From the NCBI GenBank assembly GCA_013239625.1, contig MU054220.1:6122626-6186625 (forward strand): a stretch of 64,000 nucleotides of DNA, read 5' to 3'. Positions within the stretch are counted from its first letter, which is position 1, and every line of letters begins with the position of its first letter. The notes beneath the pieces were generated by a model that did not search any database, was not told the DNA's origin, and was given only the letters and a program-made list of their open reading frames with translations. A program made the position numbers and the translations under genes. Positions 1 to 12,715 of the stretch are shown one piece after another. The DNA comes from Lama guanicoe (taxonomy: Eukaryota).

Positions 1-333
1 ACAGGTGCTGTCCCTACATGTATCAAAGGTTGGTTTTCAGTGGTAAGTTGTCACTTAGGCCCATTCTGTTTGAATTAACAGATTTTGGAGCCTTTTCTGC
101 TGAAGCATCTTAACTGCTTCAGATGTATTTGGAGTGTTAATAAGTGTTCTGAGCTATTGAAAGGGGCATGTTTCTGCAGATCAGTCTGGAAAGAAATCAC
201 CAAAGGCTTAGGATACACATGGATATCATTTCTACTGAAAAAGCCATGGCCGTCTTGCAAACAGCTATAGAGAGAAGACAGTGGCATTCAAAGAGCTAAC
301 ATGGCAGCATGTGTTTATTTAAATTATAGCCAT

Positions 334-727
334 TGTATTAGTCAGGGTTCTCTAGAGAAACAGAACCAATAAGAGATTATATATAGGATCATGCAATTAT
401 GGAGACTGAGACCTGTCTGCAAGCTGGAGACCCAAAAAAGGCAGCGCTGTAATTTTGTCTGAACCCGAAGGCCTGAGAACCAGGAGTGCCAAGGGCAGGA
501 GAAGATGGATGTCTCAGCTCAAGTAATCAGGCAGGAAAGAACAAATGCCTCTTTCCTCCACATTTGTTATATTCAGATCCTCAATGGGTTAGGTGATGCC
601 TGCCCACATTGGGGAGGTCACCAGTTCAAATCTCATCCAGAAACACCCTCACAGGCACATTCAGAAATAATGTTTAATCTGATAACCCCATGGTCAGTCA
701 AGCTGATGTGTAAAATTAACTGTCATA
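334..727 (-). mobile_element. MLT2-family (ERVL) solo LTR
   Basis: Begins tgtattagtcagggttctctagagaaacagaacc and ends ...taaaattaactgtcata, matching the reverse complement of the recalled MLT2 termini; perfect 5-bp TSD GCCAT at 329-333 and 728-732. Confidence 0.9.
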
Positions 728-1884
728 GCCATTGATCGACAAATATGCAACTTTCTGATCACAGTGATAATGTCTGGCTATCTCTCAGTCCTGACTCTTC
801 CCCTTTATGTGGCCCCTTCCAACCTCCAGGCCCATTCTCATTGTCCTAGGTATCCAGGATCATGCCTCTTCCTATTCCAGTCTTCTGCCCCTTCCCAGTC
901 TTGTTGATCCTCATTTACTTTCCTTTGGACATAATTCTTTATTTTATTTGTCAGTTTATTGTTAAGGCATCTACTCTGTATCTTGCTTATGGGGATTTCC
1001 TTTTTGTTTTTCAGTAGACTTCTCAGAACCACCAGCTTCATGCAAATCAAATACGTTGACTTTTAAAGCTATAGTTTCTAATAGACCTTTTGAGAGCTTA
1101 TATTAAAAATTGAAAACTGAATATATTTCCCTTTGAATTAGTGGCATAGTAATCTAATTCTCCTTGAGTTTTGTCACAGTGTCCAGTATATAAATAAATA
1201 CTCAATAAGTGTTAGCTATTACGAACTACTGCCACTATTTTTCTTATTAGTATTACTACTACTGATGCAAAAGACCTAACAGGTATTTAAGAATAGAGGT
1301 AGGGCATAAACTCAGATGTGTGGGTTCTAAGTCTAGCAATCACTTAAACAGAAAAAGCTTATTTTAAAAGGGTTAATTTGTCAGATGTTTGCTACATGGC
1401 CTAGAGGAACTAGCGAATGGAGGAACCATCTTCACATGGTTCCCTGACTGAGGGACGCTCAGTAATGTGGAATGAATTAATGAATTTGTGTTAATGGAAG
1501 GGGAATACTAAAATAAATGTCAGGTGCAGTGAGTAGCTGTAGAAATGGGATGAGTATAAATTTAGACTAACATGAGAGAAAAAGCAAGTTCCAGTTGTAG
1601 GTTATCACAGGTGTAGACACTGACACACATACATGCTTATACACAAACATTAGAAAAATGGCTTTATTACAGGCACTTCAGCTATTATGCCCATAAATGT
1701 AAATTAAAACATGAAGAAAGAGAAACGAAACACAAATGAGAAAAAAAAGATGAGAGGAAGAACTGAGAGAAGACAAAAGTAAAAGAGAGAAAGTAACGAG
1801 ATTAAGTGATTGCTTAGGAAGGTCTCTCAAAAACAAAATCTCAGTTCTGAATGTTAGAACTTTCTAAATTATATTCATTAGCTA

Positions 1885-2020
1885 TTTTTTGAGTGTCTTC
1901 TCTTCTCTACTAGACTACAATCTCCTTAAAGCAAGCAGTAGCCTTGCAATGATGATCTTTGTAACTTCCTTCGTGTGTTGTGTAGACAATATACTTAATA
2001 AGCTGAATGAGAGAATGAAT
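1885..2020 (+). mobile_element. L2 3'-end fragment
   Basis: ctagactacaatctccttaaagcaag...atacttaataagctgaatgagagaatgaat resembles the L2 terminus. Confidence 0.6.
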
Positions 2021-2444
2021 AAGGGTATCAGGGGATACTTGAGTAATAAATGCACACACAAAAAGAAACAACAAATTAGAAAATATAAGGAGCTAATTTT
2101 CCAAAAAGAAATGATTACCAAGCAGAGAGAGCCACAGGAGTTGGGCCAGAGGCCTTTTAGGTATGATCTGACTGCCTTCTGCAAAGTTCTGCAGCTCAAA
2201 AAATAACTACTCCATTGCCTATCAAAAAGCCCACAGTTCTCGATTAGAATTCATTGCTTTGGCCTCAGGGGTTTTTCTGCCTTTAAGCGTTGTCTGTTAA
2301 ATTACAGGTATCTCTGGGATATATAAAATGTGAAGCTATTATCAGCTTGAACCTCAGAGGGGATTCATTGATGGCTGGTTGTTGGGAAGGTATATGCCAA
2401 GGAAGAAAAAGAAAAGAGAAGGGGAAGGGAACTAGACTGACTTA

Positions 2445-2660
2445 AAGTTTAATATATCAGATGTTTTACATATATTATCTCCTTTAATCCTAAAACCAAA
2501 CCAAACCAAACCACTGCATAGTAGCTGTTATTATACTCACTTTTACAGAGAGGAGTCAAGTTTCTAGGTTACATCACCAGCCTGAGATAACTCTGCCGGT
2601 AAGAAGCGGAGTCGGAATCTGAATGGAGATTTGTCAGGCTCCTACTCTCACTAGGCAGAG
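2445..2660 (-). mobile_element. MIR fragment
   Basis: Antisense MIR core: tattatactcacttttacagagaggagtcaag...gtcggaatctgaa. Confidence 0.65.
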
Positions 2661-2767
2661 CCCACTGCCAGGAGGAAACCCCTGGTTCTGAAAAGCAATA
2701 ATTGTGTTCGGTGCTGGAAATATTATGACATTTCCCAGGTTTCTTTTCTGAAAGGCCACTAACCATT

Positions 2768-3238
2768 TGCGTTAGCTTCTTAGGGCTGCTGTGTAACAAA
2801 ATACCACTAACTAGGAAGCTTAAAACAACATAAATGTATTGGTTCATGATTCTGGAGGCCAGAAGTCCCAAAACAAGGTATTGGCAGAAACATGCTCCCT
2901 CTGGCCTCTAGGGAAGGCTCCTTCCTTGCATCTTTTAGCTTCTAGTAGCCCCGTGGGGTCCTTGATTTGTGGCAGCATAGCTCCAGTCTCAGCCTCCATC
3001 TTTACATGGCCATCGTCTCTTTCTGTTTTCCCTTGTCTTCACGTGGTGTCCTCTTCCCTGTGTCTCTGTCCTCTCTTCTCACAAAGAAATCAGTCATATT
3101 AGATTAAAACTCACCGTATCAAATATGACTTCATTTTCACCAGATTACATCTGCAAAGAACCTATTTCACACTCACAGGTGTGGAGTTTACAGCTTCAAC
3201 ACATCTTTTTTTGGAGGCTACACAATTCAACCCATGCA
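2768..3238 (-). mobile_element. MLT1B/C-like MaLR solo LTR
   Basis: gggctgctgtgtaacaaaatacc...tctggaggccagaagtcc...cacaattcaacccatgca; near-TSD CCATT (2763-2767) / TCATT (3239-3243). Confidence 0.88.
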
Positions 3239-3257
3239 TCATTTATTTCACTTCATA

Positions 3258-3284
3258 TATGTGTGTGTGTGTGTGTGTGTGTAT
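3258..3284. repeat. (TG)n microsatellite
   Basis: Visible dinucleotide run. Confidence 0.95.
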
Positions 3285-4566
3285 ACACACATACACATCC
3301 TTTCACCAAGTGAATCTGTTTCAGTGGAAAGCAGAGAAAGGGGAAAAACAAAGAAAGAAGTGTTAGGGTTTGTTTCTTTAAAGAAGGTGACTTTGTTGTC
3401 ACTCGGGAGACAAGGGTCTCCTGCATTTGCATGAATTCCAGGCAGAGAGCTCCAGAGGGATTCATGCCTTAGGAAAGCGTGGGGCTTTGTTTACTGTAGG
3501 AATAAAGTGTTGAACAAAGCCTTTCTTAACCATGTTTCTAAGCAAAGCAACTCTATATATTGCCATTTTGGGGATGAGAATGCTTCAAATGAGGTTACCA
3601 CTGCACTGAATCTGGGTGAGTTGAGATTGGAGGTGATTTATCCTTTCAAATGAGCAGCATATTTGCAAGACCCTCGAGAGTGACAGTCTATTGCCCATTT
3701 GCTGTTTTCTCACTTATGGTGGGGAAAGACTAACGATCTGACCTGGAGCAAAAGCGCTTTCAGCTCTGCATTCAAAAAATGGTATTAAGGAGGCCTGAGA
3801 CTCCTTGAATTCTTTTGTTTGTTTATTTTTGCATTTGTGGTGCAGAGATTTCAGAGGCCCCAACCATCAGTTCTGGCTTTATTATTCCGGGGGCAAATCA
3901 TTTATACTCAGTATGTTGAGGGTGGAAACTTGAGGGGACAGGAGTTGTTTGTAAAGCGGTCCTTTAGATAGTTACTTAGTCACAGCAGATAGCGGAGCGG
4001 AGCCTCAGGGATCATCCTGTGGGCTCAGCACAGGTCTCGGCCCTGTCGCATCTTTCCCTGCACGGACTGGACTCTCAGACTGACGTTTGAGAAGACGGTG
4101 GAGAGTCTGTATCCCTATCAAAATGCACTCTTGGTATTTCCATCCAGAGTTCCTTGCTTTACCGCCTCTTTCTGACAGAGCCTTGGCATGAGAAAGTGGC
4201 GAGAAAATGGCATCCACTTTCAGAGAGGTGTCAGCAAAACAGGCAATTAATACGAGTTGTCAGCACATCTTGGGGTCAGAAGATTAGAGTGAGTTCTTCG
4301 AGCGTGATTAGAATTCTGTCTCTAACTCTGTGCACGATAGAGGGCAACTGAGCTTCCTAAGAGACCGTAATAGGATGACCTCAGAGACAGTCCTTCCATC
4401 AATGTACACACGTGCACACCTGCACAACTATTATTGCCTAGTATTTACGCTGATTCAATACATACTTTACAATTACCATTTAATTACAATGCTCCACGCA
4501 AGAGATATAAATCACCCCAAGGCAGATTTCAGGCCCTGGGAAAACTCACAATGAGATACATGGAAT

Positions 4567-5750
4567 GTGACAGACACAAAAAGGGCTCTGAAAAGGACAG
4601 AGCACTAACCAAGATGGCCTTCACCTTCCCCTCGGCTTGACTGAACTTGAGATCAGCTTCTCCCTGGCTCTAGGTCCCTGACCTCCCTCTCACCCTGGCC
4701 CTTACAGAATCCAGATGGCCTAAATTCCTCTCTTTTCTTGGAGCATTTACTTTAGAAAACTTGTTAATTATTTTTCAATCTTTCAGAGATGTAAAACTTT
4801 CCAAAAGGTTCTGGCTAAAAAGTCTCTGCTTAGGTGTAAAATGGACACATAAAATTTGAATCATACTCAAAATATTGACTTTATATATATGTGTGCTGTG
4901 TATATATAGAAATACACATCTATATGTTTATATATATATATATGCTAGTGTATATGACATAGGTATGTTCTATGTAATATATATAAAAACACTGATGCAT
5001 ACAAAAAAAAGGCCAAAGCTCAGAGGTGACAGATGAATGTCCCTCTGGCTGGCCTCAAAGGAGGCACTGTGCCATGGGTGGGATGAGGCCAGCCTCAGTT
5101 TCCTCATCACCTGGGCTGCTGCAGATGCAGGTGGGGCTGAGGCACTGGCAGGCACTGAGCGCCACAGTGCTGCTGTCAGCACCTATGCAGGCTGGGGCTC
5201 AGGAGGGGCGTGAGGTGGATGCAGGCAAGAAACGGTGAAGCTCCACCTCCCTGCCCGGAGGAGCAAAGAACCAACTCCGGTTCCTCAGCCAAGGCCTGAG
5301 CCAGGGTCTCCAAGCTTGGGTGTAAGGGGTCCTCCTCAGTGAATGACACTTCCTTTGCTCCACCCACTGAAAAAATAAAAAGGGTTGTGTAACTCATGAC
5401 TGCCTTTTTCAAGGACTAAGGAGCCATCCCTTTGAAATGCTGTCATTCAGAAGATAATACCCTTTTCTCCCAATCTCTGTGGGAGATACGAGCCTCATCT
5501 CCTACTCCAAGGTTTCACCCCTATCATGAAGACAAAAGTCTGCTCTTCCTCTGGGAAGGCCAGTTAACAAACACAAGTGATCTATGATCTGCTCCTTCTA
5601 CTCCGGCTCTTAGGAAGTTCTCCCCTCCTTCGATTCAGTGGAGCTGAGTTCAGACTGCATTCTGGTTTCTTTGTCCTATTGCAATAGCCTTCTATTACGT
5701 TTTCCTACCTGATTTTGCCCACTGCCATTTTTGTTTTGCTATAGCACTCA
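4567..5750 (+). mobile_element. ERV1 solo LTR (MER34/MER39-like), split by an unrelated insertion at ~4823-5375
   Basis: Left part has gagcatttactttagaaaacttg...gagatgtaaa; right part resumes with tcaaggactaaggagccatccctttgaaatg...ggagctgagttcagac...cctattgcaatag. These blocks are adjacent in the recalled MER34/39-type consensus. Confidence 0.72.
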
Positions 5751-6309
5751 GGCACATGCTCTGGAAAGTCAGAAGAATGTGTATCTTGGAAAGTTTCCAA
5801 ACACTGGAGGAACTTGTGCCAAGTCTTTGGATTTTAATGCGTAGTGTTTTCAGAAGAAAAAGTAGAGAAAGCATAAGATGAAGCAAAATAAGCAGACTTA
5901 TTAAAAAGAATTCATCCACTGGTCAAACAGCAATTCAACAAATGGTTTTTACCAAGTGAAAAAAATGTATTAAAGTTTAAGTTTGAGTTTCTGGCCATTC
6001 ACAGTGGATAGGTGATTGATTGGAGGCTGTGGCTACCAAAATTCCATTGTTATGAGGCTTTCGGGTTCTCCTGGTCTCCTCATGACTCCTCACTATCTTT
6101 TGCTTCTCTGGCTTTTTTCTACCCTTTCCCCCATCTCTATCTCTCTACATCTAGTGTCTTCCTCACTGTGTCTCCTCCTGCAAGAAAAGGGAGCTGGAGC
6201 AGAGAGGGGAAGATGAGCTCATAGTCAAATCTCAGCCACTGCATCCCCGAAAGGGTGGAAAATTCTGAGCAGAGAAGAAGCAGGAGACTGATGGACACTG
6301 AGTAAGGAA

Positions 6310-6785
6310 TACTAAAGGACAATATTCAGTAAAGAACAAAAATATGACACCTCCAAATTAGGGCAATTAAAAAAGGCTTATGAAAAAGGATTATTTAAAA
6401 GGTGTCCATAGAGTGTTGGGAAACCACAAAAAACAGTGTAGTGTGCCAAGACTAGTACCCCAAGAGTAGTCTGCCACCCCTACACTTGAAAGTTTAAGGT
6501 GGGGGAGAAGTTTCTAGAATATGTGGATGGATGAGCTGTGTGGGGAGAGCTATCTGATAGGAGCTGTGACTTTTAGTCTGTGGACAGTGTCAACCTTGGC
6601 TACCACATAGGAATGAAAATCCCAGCCTCTTCTTTGCTACTGTTTCCCATTGGCTGAATCCTTCTGAAAGCCAGAGGGCAAGAGAGCCCACTAATGCCAC
6701 CCACACAGGTCAGTCTCAGGGCAGAGAGGAGAATGAGGAAGAGAAAAACCTGACCTGAAGGGGCAAATGGAAGATGTTTGGCATA
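6310..6785 (-). mobile_element. LTR33-family (ERVL) solo LTR
   Basis: cccattggctgaatcc...agccagagggcaagagagccc...gaaggggcaaatggaagatgtttggcata matches the reverse complement of the recalled LTR33 5' end. Confidence 0.7.
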
Positions 6786-7377
6786 GATCAAAGGTAAGAA
6801 CACAGAGGCAGAGAGAAAGAAGGCCAAAGGATTGAAAACCCATACAGGATTGAAACCCCAAAGAGGGCAGGAAACACCAGGGATTTATAAAAAATGGAAT
6901 AAAGAACAGAGAGAAGGAAAACTGAAGCATTGAACTAAGAGAAACAAAGGGATAAGGAATCTGAAAATGGAATTCTAACTCTGCGGCCATCCTGGAATCT
7001 GTCAAACCCCTAAATAAAAATTATCATGACTGTCATTAATAGAGACAAAGAAGAAAGAAGTCTTTAGGAAGTCAGTATCTTTGGTGAATTTGGCATATTA
7101 TCATTGACAAATTGATATTTTGGCAAATGGAACAGGCTTTCAGTAAATTGATTTTCTTCACATTGGACTGCTTCCAAGCAAAATTGTATAATTAGAGAAG
7201 TTTGGGGAACAGTAGGTTTAGTTTGGCTGAATATTTAGTACCTGGTAGGAAATGTTGATGTGTTATAGAGAGAGACTGGGGCCCATGCCAATCAATAGGC
7301 TGTCAAATTCTAACCCATTCCTCAACCTCACCATCTTGATAACAGCTGATTGGACCGAAGATAACCAGACAATTTTA

Positions 7378-8140
7378 ATAATAGTGGCTAATATGTATTG
7401 AGTATGTGCTATGTGCCAGGCAGTACACTGAGTGTTTTACATGGATTTCTTTTTCATTTAACCCAGACAGTAACCTGTGCTTTTCATTTTCAGTTGGTCT
7501 CCGTCAGCCAGATTCATCCTCCACTCTGCTCTCTTACCCAGGTGATTGACCTCCACAGAGTTCATCCCTTGTTCTAACTTCTGGTTGGGTTTGATCAGTG
7601 AGAACCATTGGTAAGAGGTGGAAGAGTGAGAGGAGTAGAATTTGGAGATGTAGGCTCACCTCCATGGGCCCTGCTCCTTGCTGGCATCACCACCTTTCTG
7701 GCTGTGGCTGAGCTCTGTCAGTTCCTATCATAAGGTCCACTCTTCCAAACCTACATATTCTCAACCCAGATCTGCTTACCTATTCTCTTAAGGTCAGAAC
7801 AGGAAATGAAATGGTAAAATGAAGTCTTGTCATTGTTCTAGCCCCTGAGTGCTTCAGTATTCTCTGTTGATTCCCTTAACCTCACCCACTCCTTCTGTAA
7901 CTAGTCACTTTATTAACCTTCCTTCAAGTGTAAAAGTCACTTCCTGCCAAGACCTTGAAAGTTACATAATCTAATAAGGAAGATATTACACAGATCTTTT
8001 TAAAAAATATATAAAGAAATCAATAGTTAGAAGTATAAAATGTTGGGACTTTTTTTCCCCAAGTCTACACTGGAGTAAGTGACAGGGCTAAAATGTAACG
8101 GCAAGTAAGCTTTCAGAATCTCTTATAATAATCACTATCC
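7378..8140 (-). mobile_element. MIR split by an LTR insertion (MIR parts ~7378-7475 and ~7967-8140)
   Basis: atgtattgagtatgtgctatgtgccaggca...gttttacatgg upstream of the LTR and ccccaagtctacactggagtaagtgacagggc downstream. Confidence 0.65.
7476..7966 (+). mobile_element. LTR33-family (ERVL) solo LTR
   Basis: TG...CA termini; cttctggttgggtttg and cttcctgccaagacc motifs; near-TSD TAACC (7471-7475) / TAATC (7967-7971). Confidence 0.72.
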
Positions 8141-8218
8141 TACATTTCTTCTCAACAGACAGGTTTTGAGGTATGGTCTAAACCACAATTTCACCTGGTT
8201 CTCAACTATCATCTAAAG

Positions 8219-8407
8219 CTGCACTGTCTAAAGTAGTAGCCACCAGCCACATGTAGCTAGTAAGCACCTTGTGTCACATGTTGAGATGATAATACTTTAG
8301 ATGTAATATTATATTTATTTCTTTTCCCTTTTAAAAAAATGAGGGTACTACTAATTTTTTAAAAATTATGTACATGGCTTGCATTATATTTCTATTGGAC
8401 AGCATTG
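8219..8407 (-). mobile_element. MER33/MER3-like hAT-Charlie MITE
   Basis: ctgcactgtc...gtagccaccagccacatgtagcta at one end and ggcttgcattatatttctattggacagcattg at the other. Confidence 0.8.
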
Positions 8408-9032
8408 AAGGGCTGCCTACTGTCCTTTGAGGTGGTTTGGAATAGTGACCATTCTCTCCAGTGTGAATAATTCAAACTAGGGAGAAATTTTTTCAATTAG
8501 ATCCTGTCTCAGAGAGTTTTGTGTGTATGACATATAGAGCATAACAGAATTAAGCAACAGAAGTGAAATTCAAAAGACACACAAAAAGAAGACATTAAAC
8601 AAAAGTGAGAGTAGTTGTGAATTACCACATACCTGAACAGTCATCATCCATGCAGTAAAGACAGTAAAGAAAACTTAGTTGCTGGAGTATGACTAGTAGA
8701 AACAGACCTGGAGATGAGTTATTCAGCATATTAATGAAACAATATTGGAATGGAACGATGATGAATTTCTTTTTGCCATATAAGAGAAAAGATAATGTCT
8801 TGTTAATCAGATCAACTCCATTTTTTTTTCTCAATCATATTCTGATTATCTGTAAAGGCTGGCTTTTCAGGAAGTCAACACTGTTTTCTCATTTTTACCT
8901 CTCATATGTTCTCATGATCAAGCCCCAGTGATTAAGGGGCCCTCATTATCTGTCTTTCTATTTTGGGAGAGTCTAAAATAATCTAGAACCATATGATGGA
9001 GGGACTTGAGTGCAATACCTATCATGGAGGGA

Positions 9033-9700
9033 CGTCAGCTCAAGTCAAGCAGGAACATCGGTGCAAGTTCAAGCGTCCCTACGATCACCTTCACTTCTGA
9101 CACTATTGCCAGTTCAGGGCTCCCCAAGACCACCCTCAGGACTGATACTTTTTCAGAAGGGCTCTCAGAACTCACCGTAAACTTATACTGATGGTTGCAG
9201 TTTACTACAATGAAAAGATACAGATTCAAATCAGACAAAAGGAAAAGAACATAGGGCATGGTCCTAGAGAGTTCTGTGTGTGGGGTTTCCAATTATCCTA
9301 TTCCAATGGAGTTGTATAGACAGTGCTTTCTTCTCCCAACAATATGTGAAACAATTTGCATGGAATATTGGCAACAGGGAAGTTCATCCAGGTCTTTGTG
9401 TTTAGAGATTTTATTGGGGCTTATTCCCATGGACATAGTTGGTTACACACATGACTGACTTTAGGGGGCCTCCAGCCCCTCCAGATGTTGAGCTGAGAAG
9501 TATAGTCCAACCTCCCTGCTACCTGCCACCATAAATCACATGTTTGTTAGCACAGACTACTTGATGTGGCTCAAGGTCCTCAAGTAAACAAAGACCCACC
9601 TTTCAGGCAGGGCATACTAAGGGCTTAGAAGTTATACCTCTTAGGAGCCAAGGCAAAGAGCCAAACATTTCTCAGGAATAACTTAATTCTTTACTGCACA
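9033..9700 (-). mobile_element. MER21-family solo LTR
   Basis: cacttctgacac, ccccaagaccaccctcagg, gatacagattcaaatcag, cataaatcaca and terminal ttaattctttactgcaca match the recalled MER21 reverse strand. Confidence 0.85.
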
Positions 9701-10679
9701 GAGGACCTTGAATACTATGACCTATGATGGAGACACTTGACTTTAATGATATCTCTCTGCACTTATTGAGGGAGGTGATAGGGGATCCCTTGAATAAACA
9801 TTTTTTTCCTTGGTGCCAATATTGATATGAAAAGAAAATAAAGCATTTAACCTGCTGTGTGTTCTTCTACGTACTCGCTTTTCCCTTCTATTTTACCACT
9901 ATTTTAATTGCCCCTCCTCTTATTGCTATTTCCCTTTTGTCAACAGTGCATCCCTTCAGTAACGTTGAACTCTTTGTGGTGACCCAGTAATTTATGCAGA
10001 AAAGAGACTAAGCTTCATTTTCCTTACAGAAGCTTAGAAAATGCTTTTATCTTGTGCTTTGACCAATATTATAGGGAGAAAGAATACAGCCTTTCAGATG
10101 CAGCTCAAATATATAAATTTTCTCATTTATATTGGTCAATTCCTTTTCTAGTAATAGCGATTTCTCTCCCCTAAAGATTCATAACACATAAAGAGATGGA
10201 CAAATACTTCTATTTCCATAATATTTCATCAAGGAAATCATCCAAAGATTATATGGAGCTTTGATATAAAACAGTCAATGAACATAAGATCATCTTTTAA
10301 TCAGAGTCCGTTTGATTTTGTGGTTTGAGTCTGAGGTATCCCTCCACCCCAAATTTCAGAGGTAATTGAGAGGATGACTTTAGAATTTCATGTATCCTAT
10401 ATTGCAAATAAAAGGAAGTAAAAATAATCAGCTGTATCTATTACTTATGGAGCCCTAAGATATTCTAAGATAAAAGGTAATGTAGACTGTCATTGGGAAT
10501 TTTAGATAATGAAAAAGAGAAATAAGCAAAAACAAAGGGGTCTAGAATAACGGGAGCCCTACAGTAAGGCAGGCTGAGATACCCTCTGCCTGCTAAGCCT
10601 TATTCCATTGGAGGGTCCTTTTTTGACATCTTCTCACCTCTTTAGGCTTCCTTCCTTCCTCTTGAAGTTAGGAACCTCA

Positions 10680-11087
10680 TTGCATGAGGTTATTAATGCT
10701 GTTTATTAACCATTTCTCCCTGTCACTTTACAGCCACTGGAGTGGATTCTATTTCTTGGACTTCTTTGTTTGGTTGGGGCAAGTGACAGTTCTAGCCAAT
10801 GAGTAATAAGCAGAAGTAATATGTATCACTTCCACCAGGAGAATTTAATTGACTATGCAAAGACCCTCCAGAGCTTTCTTTTTCTGTGTTACAACAACTT
10901 TTGATTTCCTGACACTGATTTCTACATTAGCATGGAATGCACTGACAGTGAGCAGAGTGAGTGCCCAACCAATCAGAGACTGACAGATAGTATAAGTGAG
11001 GCATATACCACTGCCTACTGTTGTTTTAAGTCAGTGATATTTGGGTTTTTGCAGCAGCATAATCTAGCCTGTCCTCATTGATATACA
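10680..11087 (+). mobile_element. MLT1J-like MaLR solo LTR
   Basis: gttctagccaatgag...gcagaagt...ttgttttaagtcagtgatatttggg...gcagcataatctagcctgtcctcattgatataca. Confidence 0.75.
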
Positions 11088-12479
11088 CAGCCATGAGAAA
11101 TAATAGGCTCAGTGAGCCTAGAAATCATAATAAATAAAATTTACTCTTTTCCCTAAGTGTTAACCCCCAAAATGGTATATGAAGCTGGACGCTGTCTGTA
11201 TTACACATTTAGACCTCTGGAAATGATGATTCAAATTATGTTGATTATACTGTATAATGAAGAAATATGACTCTCGCCTCATTCAAGTGGACCCCAGCAG
11301 TTACCATGGCTCAAAATAAAACTACCTCATTCTGTACATTGCTAAGGATTATTGAAAGGTGTGGAGATATGATCAAAATACCTTTCTGAAGCTTTCAGGC
11401 ATCCAGGGAGAGAAGGTTATTTAGAGTGAATGAAGTCTTATTGGATGTTTGTTTATTTGCAGAATGGGTGTGGATTGGTTTCTAGGGTAGCCTGTCTTCC
11501 ATCAGCTCTGCTGCTGAATACCAGGACCTTACTTTTCATTTATTGTTTTCACTAATTTCCCTGAAGTATAATTTTTCAATGTATTTAAACTAGTCTGGTA
11601 TTTAACTTGTTTTTTACCTTTAACTTGTTACAGATAATGAGTTAAAGTGGCAGAAAAAATCAACTTGCTAGAAGCTGTTCTTTTACTTACTCAGTTGTTA
11701 GTCTTTGATGGGAGGATCGTTTCCTAGAGAGACAGTTTTAAAAGCTGAGATATAAACCTAGGGAGGTAGACCAAAAGGATGGCAGTATGACCGGTAAAGG
11801 TACACAGCTCTTAATTCCAGAAATGTTAAGAGTACCATCACGGCTTTGTGCAGGAGGGAGTATGTGTACACAAAGAGAGATGCGGATAGATCCCAGGGCC
11901 TTTAAAATGAATCGATCAATAAGACAGAATTTATGAATCTCCTGTGCTGTTTGACCTCAGATAATGGGAGTTCCCTTTTACCCTCTACAGTCATCTAATA
12001 AAAATATTGAATAGCTATATATTTTTGTTGTCAAATTTAGAAGGCATCTGTTACCACAGTTACTCTGTTTGTAGACGCCAAGGGGAAAATCTGCATATGC
12101 ATTATTGCTGAACCAGGTCTCTTTTAAGGCTCCCAGGGTTTCAATATTAGGACCCAAATCAGGCAAATAAATGAGTAATAATGACAAACTGTAGATATAA
12201 TAGGTGAGCTTTGGAACCTGCTACCTGATTAATGACAGGATTCCTGGGATTGGTGGAAAATGTCATCATTAAGGGACTATCAAACAGCCCAGAGATCAGA
12301 CCATATGCATATTATCCTGCCTGTTTACAACACCATCAGAAACCTATCTTGCAGAGTTGAAGCAATTGTTAGAAGTAAATGAGCAACAAAACCATAGACT
12401 CATTATTATGATGAGTTTTCCCATCAGAGACAGAGGTCCCTATCTCAGCAATGTCATGTTCTACTAAGGCAGGGTACCA

Positions 12480-12715
12480 GTTCATTCCTATAACAAGTAT
12501 TTATTAGGTGCCTGCTGAGTATCAAACTTTCTTTTTTTAACTAGGCACTAACTTTGTGGAACCAAGCAGACAAATAAGCAAGAGGCATTGTCCCTGCCCT
12601 CACTGAGCTTACAGATTAATAAAGAGGAGGCAACATGAATCAGAAGGTCAAGAAGTAAATGAACTGTGATAGTCATTGTGAAGGACAGTGTATTGTGGGA
12701 ATCACTGACCTAGAT
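12480..12715 (-). mobile_element. L2 3'-end fragment
   Basis: ttcattcc...caagtatttattaggtgcctgc...gtccctgccctcactgagcttacag. Confidence 0.7.
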
